63,984 nucleotides of DNA from Paraspadella gotoi (Eukaryota; Animalia; Chaetognatha), in assembly GCA_051294375.1 (NCBI GenBank), contig CM119266.1, forward strand, positions 1,555,554 through 1,619,537, in the 5' to 3' direction. A model generated the notes under the pieces. The model was not told the DNA's origin and did no database searches. It saw only the letters and a list, made by a program, of their open reading frames with translations. Below, piece by piece: positions 1 through 19,935 of the stretch. How positions within the stretch are numbered: the stretch's first letter is position 1; each line of letters begins with the position of its first letter. The translations under genes and the position numbers were made by a program.

Positions 1-80
1 ACTACTCTATAACTTTATTTTATCAATTAATCTTCATTTCCCCATCACTTTCTCTTTTCCTCTCTCCATCACAATCACAG

Positions 81-357
81 GTCAACATCGGGCTGATGCT
101 GGAGAACTGGAGGCAATGGCCGCCTTCGCGCCACCAAGCACCGCGTCGTCAAACCGTTGGAGCGCGAGCGAATCTCGATCGTCTTCTTCGCGATGCCCGA
201 CTCTGACGTGGGCGTGGAGCCGTTGGAAGAGCTCGTCGACGAAGGGATCGAATCGTTGTACAGGAAGACGACTTGCAAGGAGTTTGTCGACCGACATGCT
301 CCAGCAAAACGCATTGAAAAAGAGGAGGGATTGTTAATGACTATTTTATTTTTTTAA
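81..357 (+). CDS. 2OG-Fe(II) dioxygenase (IPNS/DIOX-like) paralog 1, last exon only
   Basis: After cacag acceptor: VNIGLMLENW..NG.LRATKHRVVKPLERERISIVFFAMPD, with the distal His and the RxS 2OG-binding motif. Small indels; the gene starts before the window. Confidence 0.85.
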
Positions 358-562
358 CACAAACTATTTTTTGTATGACCGTTTTAAAAGAAAATAAATT
401 TAAAAACAAAATTTTAGCCCCGCATATTTTTTTTTTTAAATCAGTAATTTTTATTTTATTTATTTTGGAGTGCAGAGCTGATAAGTGATCTCCGCTGAAA
501 CTTCAGGGGGCGGATTAACTTATCGTTTAAGAAAGCAGAATTGTGGAAAGATTTAAACAAAA

Positions 563-2389
563 ATGAAGTAAGCTTATTGAAACACTTTAAAAATACTTGA
601 GATTATTTTTTCACGCAGTTATCATCTGTCCCTTTCTTTTCACAGAGACTCGCCGTCCATCCCCCGTCCTAGACTTATCTTCTCCAGACTTTGTCCAGCT
701 GAGTCGCGACTTTGTCCATCACCTTTCCAACGTCGGGTTTATCTACCTGCAGCATCACGGGCGTCGCTCAGAATCTCATCGATGAAACACGCGAAGCTGC
801 AAAGGAGTTTTCGCAAAGATTATGATTTTAAGAAATTATTTATAAAATGCTCTCATTTTATCATGATAATAACCATCACTTGTCCGAGGACGGGGGCAAT
901 ATTGCTTATTTATTTAATGGACTGATATTTTTTGTACAGGTTGTCCCATTGCATATTAACATATTGCATATGCATAATAACTTTTACAATATTTATTTAA
1001 TGAATTTCAAAATTTGCAACATTTTTTTTAACAGATGATTTCAAAGATGACGGATAAAACTGTTCCATGGGGTTTCAGGCCATTTTGAGACTGAGAGGCT
1101 GGATCCTGAGGCCAAGATCATGGATGCCAAAGAAGTGGTAACTGTAGATGTTCTTATCCGTCTATTTTCTTATACTTTTTTCGAGTTGCACTTATTTTCC
1201 AGCTTCTATTTTTTTTTCCAGATCATGGTTCAACGCACACGATCCTTCCTCAAACAACTGGCCAACACCTCGACTCGGGGAAACTACGACGTCGCTGATC
1301 GATGGAATTGGGCGAACTTACCCGACGCTTATTAAAATGCTGGGACGTCGGGTTGGACCTCAAAGACAGTGACGTATTTCTGAACGCTCACTCGTTTCTA
1401 GAGAGGACCCGATGGACCGAAGTCCCAAACTTCTCTCCGCTTCAATCATTACCCTTTTTTGGAGAGAGCGAAATGAAAGATGGTCAAGTCAATTGTTCCG
1501 AACATTTCGATTGGGGACAGTGACTCTCTTGATGCAGGTACGAGTATAGAATAGTTTTTTACGTTCAATTAATTGATTGGTTCATTGATCGATTCATTGA
1601 ATTAAGGACGATTGTCTAGTTAACTTTGATTGATTCATTAAATTAGGACGACGTCTCGGGTTTGGAAGCACAAACGTCGCGCGATGGCGAATACGTGGAG
1701 GCGCTCGATCGAAGGAACAATCTTGGTTCGAGAACGCTTTGAAGGACACTATAATTATAATTAAATATACTTTACCTTCCATTTTCATATTTTCTTTTCA
1801 TATTCATATTAAACATACGCTTCTTTCTTTCTTCTTACATTTATAAGTTATAACTTTTTTTGTGTTTATTTGTTCTATATTCTTAGTCTGATTAACTGCT
1901 AGAAGGAATTGTTATTTTATGATTATTTAATGATTATGATTTGAGAAACGAAATTGTTAATTGATAACAACGATTTTTTCACAATAAAATTCGGACATGT
2001 TTTGTGAATAAAAATGAGCTGATGGCTTTGTTCAATGAGCCACCCGGTCACAACTGAAGCTTATTAGGGCGGGTGAACCTAGGCGATGCCCGACTACAAT
2101 TGCATCATCCCCTTTACTCTTAACAGGGTAAACATCGGTCTAATGCTGAAACTGGACCAATGGTCGCCTCGCGCCACCAAGCATCGAGTCACCCAAGCAC
2201 CTCGCTCGGAGAGAATGAGCGTCGTCCTCTTTGTGCAGCCGGACATCGAAGTCGATGTGGAGCCACTGGAGAGCTTGTAGCCGAGGGAAGCGAGACTGCT
2301 TACCTCAAGACAAGCAGCGGCGGTTTTTCGTCAAGCACATGATCAGCAAGACAATTCAAGAGAGTGCGTTTGAAGGAGTCAGCTCATAA
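563..2389 (+). CDS. 2OG-Fe(II) dioxygenase paralog 2, multi-exon
   Basis: ATGAA|gtaag, then IPVLDLSSPDF...NVGFIYLQHHG (DIOX_N), CSEHFDWG (HxD), DDVSGLE, and VNIGLML...ATKHRV...ERMSVVLFVQPD. Confidence 0.85.
2014..2098 (-). mobile_element. Truncated LTR of the tRNA-containing TRIM family (see 20257-20943)
   Basis: Reverse complement reads tgtagtcgggcatcgcctaggttcacc...gtggctcattga.caaagccatcagctcat, matching the 5' part of the TRIM LTR. Confidence 0.85.
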
Positions 2390-2579
2390 CTGATTGTACA
2401 TGTTTTTTCTATCTTAATATTTTTCTTTCATTGGTTTCTGTTTGCAAATAGCGCTTCAGTTTTTGTCCAGTCTACTTTACTACAAATAACTATGAATTCC
2501 TATCTTTCGCATTTTATCTAGTTATAGATTTTATTCGTTAAATTTGAAAGGTTGAAAAAGAAATCGTCAAACAAATAAA

Positions 2580-4808
2580 ATGAAGTAAGTTTTCAATGAA
2601 GAGACAGTGATAATTGTTATGAGTTAGTGACAGAACCGTTCAATATAAGCAGTCCCTGCGCTTCGGATCAGGCTGTAACACCATGTTACAGGCGGGTTTA
2701 GCGCCCCGTCCCTCTTAACTGGAGGCGACACCGGGCTAGAACCTCGGACTTTGGGTTGGGGGGCTAATGACTAGCCTCCTTCACCAATGGCAGCTAATGA
2801 AGCAGTTGTGGATTTTAGTCCCACCATATCACAGCTATAAAATTAGAGCATGCTCTTCAAATACATATTTCTTTGCCACATCTCCTCTCTCTTCCCTAAC
2901 CTTCTCTTCCACCCCCTCCCATTTCCCTCCCCTCCCTCCTCTCTCCTAACCCTCGCTTCCCTTTACCACCCTCTCCACTAACATTCCCTCCTATTCTCTC
3001 CCCTCTCCCCACCCTTCTTCTCCCTTCCCCTTCCCCAACTCCCTCCCCATGGACGCTCCAAGCTTCCCCACCCTTGACTTTTCCTCGGACGACACGGCCC
3101 AACTCGCGCGCGACCTCGTTCCACCGCATCTCTCGACGAGCGGATTCGTCTACTTGCGGAATCACGGCTCTCCGAGGAGGTCATGGAAAGGAGCCGACAA
3201 TCGGCCGCGGTGACTTCTTTAAAATGGATCACGACTTTAAGGGGAGTATGTCAATAGTATTTTTTACTTAATATCCTCTAATTTATTGTTTCTTTCTGTC
3301 TTGAGTTATAATTTAAAATTAATTTTGTTTTTTTTAATCCACTGGAAATTAATATGATATGATACTTGATAGATTCAAAAATTTTCATATTCCAATAATG
3401 GGCACATTAAAGAATAATTTTTAAAAAATATTAAGATAAAGATTGATTCGTAAGGAAGTCCTTTACTATCTTAATATTAATTTATAATTAATTTGTTCAA
3501 TATTTCAGATGAAATCCATAATGACCGAGGAGTCAAAACCCGGGGCTACAAGCCATTCGCCTGCTGAGAGACTCAACCCGACGCGCAAGCCATGGACGCC
3601 AAAGAAGTGGTGCGTTTGTCTGTCCGTCTGTCTGTACGCACTCTTCAGTCTGTGACCCGTCTTTCAACACTTCTTAGCTCATGTACGGCGCAATCGACCC
3701 TCCTTCCAACGCCTGGCCAACTTCGGAAGTGGGCGACTCGACTTCGGACCTTGATGTCCCACTCAACGTCGTCACTCGTCGAGTTCCTGTCGATGTTGGG
3801 CACAGGATTGGCTTGGCCAAACCCGATTTCTTTCTGAAAGCTCATACCGTGTCCAACTTTGCCTTGCGGTATAACTTTTATCCATTCCATGGAACGGGAC
3901 AAAACAAATTAGGACAAGTAAAATGCTCGGGCATCGACTGGGGTTTCGATTTCGCTGCTGCTTCAGGTGTCGAGGGTTAACGACAAAAACGGTATTCCAT
4001 GTGTTGCCATGCAGTGACTTAACCAATGCAACTAACTATAGGCAAATATTGCATTTTTAAGTGGGACGGCCCGACCGACAGATCGACCGAAAAGTGACTT
4101 TATAGAGTTGCTTTCGCGATAAAAATTTTTAAAATTACAATAAAATTACTAGATTTCACAAAAATTTTAAAATTCCCATGACTTTCGTAAGTACCTGTTT
4201 GCGTCATTTACAACAATTTCATATAAACTTTTTTAATTTCTTGTTTGTTACTAAATTTTAGGACAAAGTACCCGGTTTGGAGGCCCAGACGGTGGTTGGT
4301 GGGGAATACGTCGAATTGCCACCGATCGAAGGGACTATTTTGGTGAGTTAATGAATTAAATGATTGATTAATATTAATTACTTCTTTCGAGTTTTGTCCC
4401 ATCATCAATTCTTATCGTCATGATTAAACATCATATCCCATCATCCACTGGTAACATTGTCTGCACATCATAGCATCAACATCTGATTCCATCATCTCTT
4501 CCATGAATCCGTCATCTTCCACCTTAAATATCTCGGCCCATCATCTTCTCATCCCCGTCCCAACTCAAGCTCATCCTCGGCTACATGATGGAGACTTGGA
4601 CGAACGGTCGTCTCCGCGCGATCATGCATCGCGTCGTCAAACCCCTCGATCGAGAGCGCCTCTCCATCAACTACTTCGTGCATCCCAACCGGACACCGAG
4701 GCGGAGCCTTTGAAGGAGCTCGTCGGCGAGGGTGTGGCCTCCAAATACGTTAGGACCAGTAGTGAGGGTTACAGCATGACACAGGTCGACCGCACCACCA
4801 GGGAGTGA
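2580..4808 (+). CDS. 2OG-Fe(II) dioxygenase paralog 3, multi-exon
   Basis: Same ATGAA|gtaag first exon and exon series as paralog 2 (ERLNP..MDAKE, LRYNFYP, GQVKCS..DWG, GLEAQT, HRVVKPL.RERLSINYFV.PD). Several indels. Confidence 0.8.
2597..2833 (+). repeat. Unclassified dispersed structured repeat; other copies ~32583-32830 and ~38415-38490
   Basis: Shared blocks gagacagt..agaaccgtt..tataag..gcttcggat..gcgggtt(t)agcgccccgtc..gggttgg..gc(t/g)aatgact..caccaatggc. Confidence 0.7.
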
Positions 4809-5104
4809 TCTCGACGATTCACGTGAAGATTTCTAAACTGCACGTTGAAATCGTTGATCTTTGCACACTTTAGCTGTATAATGTCACATTGTCGGTCGAC
4901 TCTTTCTTGTAATCTTCCTAATTTTCAAATTAGCGCGGTTTTTTATTTTACTATTGAGGATAATTTTAATAGAAAATTTAAAAAAAATAGATATATTTAA
5001 TTATTTGATGCAGAAAAAAATTTATATAGCTATTATAAGAACAGAAAATTAAGCGAAATCAAACTTAGCCAAGCATGCGTGACAGAACAAATTATATAAA
5101 TACA

Positions 5105-12976
<7,872 letters not shown>

Positions 12977-13840
12977 TTAAATATTAAAAGTAAAAAACAT
13001 TAGATTAAGATTTAAAACTTAAACTGAATAGAAAGAAGAAAAAAAGATTCGAAAATTTGGATGAAAATCCAGAATTTTTTTTTTTATTTGCGGAATCCAA
13101 GTCGGAGAAATTGGAAGCTCATAGCTCATAGAGATTGGGAGTTTGAGGTTTGAGGAGTTTCGGATCATGTTGGATCTTCTTGCATCATCGGTTGATGAGT
13201 GTGATAAGGGAGACTGAGGGTAGACTTATATTTAGAGATCACTGAAGGTTAGGTTTTTTTGTTTTAATAGTTTTTAATATCACAAATTAAAACGAACATC
13301 AGATACTTTATCAAATTTTATTTCTATTTCCTATTATTAATCTTCTAATCGCAGTTAATCCGAAGAGGGTAGAGGGGGGCGTATTAAGGTTTGAGGGTGA
13401 AGAGATCAGACCATTTTTTTTTCTAATATCTTTCTTTTAAAAGAAAAATCTTTTTTGGACGAACCGAGAAAATTTAGGCAAAAATCCAAATCGAAGAAAA
13501 AAGTGAAAGATCAAGATGCAAGCGAATTCACTAAATCATGATTCATTAAATCTTGATTCACTAAATCTTGATTCAATCAATCAATCAATCAATCAATCCA
13601 CCAATCAATCAATCAATCATTCAATCAATCAATTAAACGCTTGATTCTCTACTCATTAAATTAATCAATATTTTTGTAGATAATCCTTTAATTGAGCAAT
13701 AAATCATTATGCATAAATTTAAATATATCATATCAAATCCCTTACATGAATATTGGCCCAATAAGGGAGCTATCAAAATGCCCATTCGGGTCCGCCGTCT
13801 TTTACCAACGGAAACTAACTTATAGAAGAGGCGACTTTTC

Positions 13841-13910
13841 CATTGGACGAGCTTTCGCGTTGGTCGTCTTTGATTGGTCGTCTTTGATTGGTCGTCTTTG
13901 ATTGGTCGCG
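13841..13910. promoter_or_regulatory. Tandem CCAAT-box array between divergent SLC6 and NAGA genes
   Basis: 14-bp repeat tttgattggtcgtc x3-4, reading GACCAATCA (NF-Y-type) on the minus strand. Confidence 0.45.
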
Positions 13911-14324
13911 TTTCCTAATATTCGATAGCAACCGAAAACCTGACTTTTCAACATTTCAACTCCCCCCGAAAAAGGAAAACCGGTTTGTTGCCAATGGACT
14001 AATGCTTGGTTATTGCTTGATGGGATTGGTGATACGTCTCTTGTTCCTGTCTTTAGAAAAAGGAGTTGTCAATGTGCGAAAAATACTTGTTAAGAATAAA
14101 ATAAATATATAGAATGCCATGCTTATTAACGAGTCGTAAATGCCTGTTTTCATTTTTAAAATTCCCCCTTCAATAGATCGAATAAAAAAAGTACCTTTGC
14201 TCGGCACGTCGTCGACCGCAAAGCGATTTCTTTCTTTTACCAACATTTTTTTTTTTTTTGAAGAACGCCCCTATTTACGGTCAACAAAGCCACTCTCTTT
14301 CTTCCCTAAATGATTAAAATTAAA

Positions 14325-15623
14325 ATGAAGGAAATTATTTGCGCCGTAATCTTGATTCTCGTTGGCTTTACCTCCGTCACTCCTTTAGACAATGGATTGG
14401 GTAAGTTAGTTTTTAGACAATGGATTGGGTAAGGTTGTTGCTAACATTATATGAAATTAGTTTTGCTGTTTTACTCTGGAGTTTAAATATCTTTTTTTTA
14501 TGTTTTTTTCTAAGCACTGCTATTTCGTTCCGTTTCTCTTTTCTCTATTTTTAGTATTACCTCTCCTTTAATTATTTCGATTTTAAGTATAACCATTAAC
14601 CAATGCCTTTTTCAGCCCGGACTCCCCCGATGGGATGGATGTCTTGGGCGCGATACGGATGCAACGTCGATTGCAACAAATCGCCAAAGAATTGCATAAA
14701 CGAAGATCTCTACATCTCGCAAGGAAAGAAGATGGTGCAGTTGGGATTTCGAGACGCTGGATACAAATACGTCTCCATTGATGACTGTTGGGAGAGCATG
14801 GTACACCAAATTACTCGGTTTTATTTATTGATAAATAACTGGTTAATAACTTTCACATTAATACTTGAGGGAGTGGTCCTTTTATTGAAATGAAACAGTT
14901 TATAGACACATTATACGTCTTTATAGATCTGAAAGTCAGGTGCTTAGTAAGTTTCGTATGTTTTCGTATGTTTTTGATTGAAAACTTTCAGTGTCTTGTA
15001 GTTGTAGCCCAACATAGTCAATCCAAAGTCATGCGCAAGATAGCTCATTTATTGAATCATTATATATAATATATATAATATATATATTAGTTGAATCAAT
15101 TTCTTAAGTTTGGCGTCGTCCAATCAATTTTTATTTTTTATTCTGTTTTTTTTTTTTTTTTTAATTATTCCCCAAGAAAACAATAGCTGTCAACAATTGG
15201 TAATTTCAAAATAATTTTTAGTCTGTCAAAATTTTCTCACCAAAGAAATATTGTCATTCTGAGACAATCTGTTCTTTCGGACTGGATCGTCCCCTAATAC
15301 CAATCAATCAATCAATTGAACAGAAACGCGACCCCAAAACGGATCAGTTGCTTGGCAACTCTACTCGTTTTCCCCGCGGGATGAAATACATTGGCGACGA
15401 ACTCCACAGATTGGGACTCAAGTTCGGGATTTACAGTGACATCGGGACTTACACTTGCGGACACTACCCGGGCACTGAAGGTGTGGCGCTGTGGAAGGGA
15501 AAAAAGGGAAAAACTGTTAGAAATAATAAATAAACTTAATAAGTATATATGATAATAAAATTTTATTAAAGAATGATTGAATCAATCAATAAATAAATAA
15601 TTTTAATTCTTATTTTCTTTTTC

Positions 15624-15665
<42 letters not shown>

Positions 15666-17926
15666 GGTCATTTCTCCCTCGATGCTTTCACCTTTGCCAA
15701 TTGGGGCGTGGACATGCTCAAACTTGACGGATGCTACGAGGACATAAACGTCATGAACGTGACTTACCCGGCGATGGCAAAGGCGCTCAACTCCACGCAC
15801 AGACCCATCCTCTACCTTTGCAGGTCGGTCTGTCATTGACACAAGCATGATAAAGTAAAAAAAAGTATTAAAAAATATATAAAAAATATGATTATAAAAT
15901 AGATTTTAAAAAATATAAAAAAATAAATAGGAATTTATTAAAACGACAATATGCAAATAAGATTGAGGAACTCCATCTCATTTGTAATAATTCCCCAATG
16001 AATTTGCTCTAAAAAGATTTGAAAGTGCTTGAAATGTTGTTGTCGAACACGATTACGCGATCGTTTTTTTACGTAGATTATCAAATAACTATAAAATATT
16101 AAAACTTGTACGCACAATCTAAATTTTATATCACATTTCTTATCAGTATTTGTAACGATAAGATATCACGTGACACATGAGAGTTTATAACATAAGCGAA
16201 ACAGGCCCAGACTAAACTATCGAAATGTGACTTACATATGATAACCTTGTTATTTCAGTTGGGCAGCGTACATCGTCGGCAATAAACGGCTTCCTAACTA
16301 CAAACTCATTTCTCAAACCTGCAACACTTGGAGGAATTACGACGACGTGGGAGACTCGTGGTCTTCCATCAAAGGCATCATCCTTTGGTCAGAGTTGAAA
16401 CTGATGAAGTTGACGTGCAATGAGAATTAGAGGGGAAAAGCTTTAATAGAGAAACTTTGGATGCAATGAGATTTAGATTGCATGAGAGTCGAATAGATTT
16501 ATCTGCAATGAGATTTATCAGCAATGAGATTTATCTGCAATGTCCTTGGATGCAACTTGTTTGCAATAATATTTTTTTGCGTTAAATTTGATGTGATTAT
16601 TATGCAGAAAGATTTGTAAGCAATTACATTTGGATGCCATGAGGTAAGGATGTAACTGTATCAAGATGAAACGTTGCAATGGTTGCCCTCGTCATTTCGA
16701 TCAGATCCCAGGCCGGATCGATGACTACGAGCATTTTTTGTTCGTTGAGTTTCTACATCCGTTTAATTAAATTTTAAAAAAAATATCCTTAAGTTTTCTC
16801 GACCAGGTATTCGAAGCACTGGCCCGAAATCAAGCCTTTCCACGGACCCGGTCACTTCTCCGACGCTGACATGTTGATCATCGGCGATCATGGTCTCAAC
16901 TACGACGAGTCAAGGACTCAGTTCGGCATGTGGAGCATGTGGTAAGCTTAGCTATTAAACTTACCTTTTGGGATTTATTGATCATAGCTTGTTTTCTACA
17001 CTCGTGTCTTTTTCAATTAATGTCTAATGTCCAATAAGTTTGTATGTTAATTGCTGTCCCGTTTTGCAATATCTCAACGCTTCCGTCATCCGCCATCACA
17101 GGTCCGCCCCTCTCATCATCAGCGACGACATGGAGCATTTGAAAGATTGGGAAATCGCATTGCTGCAGAACAAGAACGTGATCGACATCAATCAGGACGA
17201 ATTAGGTACAAGCAGATGCTTGCTTGTTGCTTGGCAAATTAATTAAGAAAAACTTTCAAAGAATCGATTTAAAATCAAGTCACTTCTCTATTGACAATAA
17301 TAATTTTCAAGCTTTTTTTTATTCCTCAGGCGAAATGGCTTCCGTTGTGAAGTCCGATGCAACCGGTCAAATTTGGCACAAAAACTTGAAGGATGGATGT
17401 CAGGCGGTGGCCATCCTCTACCTAGGAGAAGGGGAAAGAATCAGAGTCTTTAACGAAACTCTGACAAGTTTAGGAGTGAAGGGACAGGTGAATAAATCAA
17501 GAAAATCAATCAATCGGTTTCCAATCAATCAATTAAAGGATTTATTGAATCAATTGTAGAAGACGAAAATAATAATAATAAATAAATAAATAATAACAAT
17601 CAGTCAAATCTCTCAAAAGTAAAATGTTTCTTGACGCCATAAATCGATAAAAGCAATTGAATGAATGAACGAATGAATGATTAATCCCTCCAATCAATCA
17701 ATCAATCAATCAGTCTTTCAAATCAATCTCAATTCCTATTTTTCAGCAATACTACTACTCGGTTTCCGAAGTCTTCACCGGTCGATTCCTCGGAGTCTTC
17801 GGCCTTTCGGATTCTCTGGCCGTCGAAGTCAACATCCACGGGATTCAACTCTTGAGATTCTGCAAACCCGGAAGGAGAAATAATCATTACATCCGGGCGG
17901 GAGAGAGGGAGGCGACGTCGCTGTGA
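14325..17926 (+). CDS. NAGA: Alpha-N-acetylgalactosaminidase (GH27), multi-exon
   Basis: Signal peptide plus LDNGL|ARTPPMGWMSW, YVSIDDCW, GLKFGIYSDIG, WGVDMLKLDGC (nucleophile, NAGA-type), CSWAAY, CNTWRNYDD, DADMLIIG, APLIISDD, INQDELG. In-frame upstream ATG at 14310. Confidence 0.9.
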
Positions 17927-18015
17927 AGACGGACTGCGGCAGAGTAGTTTCAGTGGTCACTGCGAGGAATATGACTCTCGCGGTGGAAAGATTGTTTTGT
18001 TTTTTGGAAAACTTG

Positions 18016-18950
18016 GTGAATAGAGTAAGATCTAAAATAGTATTTAGAAATGATGAAAATTGCGAAAATTGAAGAATATATATATTTTTTTTTTTACAAA
18101 TTAATGTTCACTGATGGTATGTTGTTCATAATTGACATTTGGAATTTTTGCATGTAACTTTCACTACGCTCTAATGATGACAGTGTGTGTAGGATACATT
18201 TCTTGTAAATATATTTGTTTGTTTTCCTCTCGCGACGCAGATGTCATTTTGTAAATATTGCGTCAGCCCATTAATGTTTTTGCGACATGCCTCCTTTAAT
18301 AAAAACGATATTTTTTGAGAGAATAGACATTCGAGTTTGAAGAAGATACCCCGTGAGCCAGAACGGATGGCACAAACTAAAAATTTAATACACCGAAACT
18401 ACTCAAGGAAAGTTAACATATTATATGTCATTTGATAGAAGAGTCCTTGACGTTTTTAAAATGTACCACATTTATGCAAAAGTGAATAGAGTAAGATCTA
18501 AAATAGTATTTAGAAATGATGAAAATTGCGAAAATTGAAGAATATATATTTTTTTTTTACAAATTAATGTTCACTGATGGTATGTTGTTCATAATTGACA
18601 TTTGGAATTTTTGCATGTAACTTTCACTACGCTCTAATGATGACACTGTGTGTAGGATACATTTTCTTGTAAATATATTTGTGTGTTTTCCTCTCGCGAC
18701 GCGAGATGTCATTTTTGTAAATATTGCGTCAGCCCATTAATGTTTTTGCGACATGCCTCCTTTAATAAAAACGATATTTTTTGAGAGAATAGACATTCGA
18801 GTTTGAAGAAGATACCCCGTGAGCCAGAACGGATGGCACAAACTAAAAATTTAATACACCGAAACTACTCAAGGAAAGTTAACATATTATATGTCATTTG
18901 ATAGAGAGTCCTTGACGTTTTTAAAATGTACCACATTTATGCAAAAGTGA
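18016..18950. repeat. Near-identical tandem duplication, ~466-bp unit x2
   Basis: gtgaatagagtaagatctaaaatag... starts at 18016 and 18482. Each unit contains the right end of the TTAA-MITE family. Confidence 0.85.
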
Positions 18951-19935
18951 CTTAGTGTATGCTCATAATGTCCTCCTTTCTAGGAGAAAAAAAATTGATT
19001 CCTAAAATTCCTAAAATTTTCCGAAATCTGCTGCATATCTGCTTCAACAATCGAATTCAGCGCAGTTAATGATGTGGGTTTTTAATATAATTAATTAATT
19101 TTACCCCATTACAAAAAGATCAAGTAAAATGATGTCTAGGATTCATGAGAAAAGGGAAAAGGTAAGTTGTTGTTGATGATTGTTGTTGTTGATTGCATTT
19201 GTGTTCATCATCTTTGTGTGCGATCCTCCCACAACCACCTTTTTGTTAAAAAGGTGAATCTTTCAGCCACTGGTCAGCCCTACTGCATCAACATCTGTAC
19301 TTGGGAGTCTCTAGTCTCTTGGTTCCACACTCTAGTGGATTTTCAAAATCTGACGTATTTTCAGCAACCAAGATTCCTTGGATTAGTTGAAACTGTGTTC
19401 ATAAATCGCTTGATCCAAGACATATTTTGTTTCATATTGAAGTTTACCTCCAACTTCTGATTCAAATTTTCTGCAATCATTGACGCTGAATTGTATACAA
19501 TCACCGTTTTTCTTTCAAACAGAAAATTATTCAGCTCATCGAAACAGGCCGCATCAATATGTTCATTATATTGCGATGTGAACAAAATTACAATATATTT
19601 ATAGTAATATTATAATAAAATAGAAAAATTTAATTTTTTTTTATCCGAGTCTGTTAATTTACAGAATCTTTTACCCTCTCCATTGATTAATTTTTTAAAC
19701 GTATTTATTACAATTCGAATGAATATTAAACCCAGTTTTACTGTGAAATTACTTTCCACTTTTTTAAAGCAAAATGTTTTCTTTACAACTTTATTTTTTC
19801 AACGAAACAAAATTCATTTGATTTTTTTATTACTAACATTATCATTGCGGCATAATTTCAATACAACAATTGCATTGATTTTAATGGTCAATTTATCCTC
19901 TTCCCCATTCTTCGGTCCCGAGTCCCGTCATTCTT

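Noticed and set aside
19167-19585. Transposase remnant beside the MITE-end duplication
   Set aside because: Short interrupted frames with no recognisable DDE or other motif.
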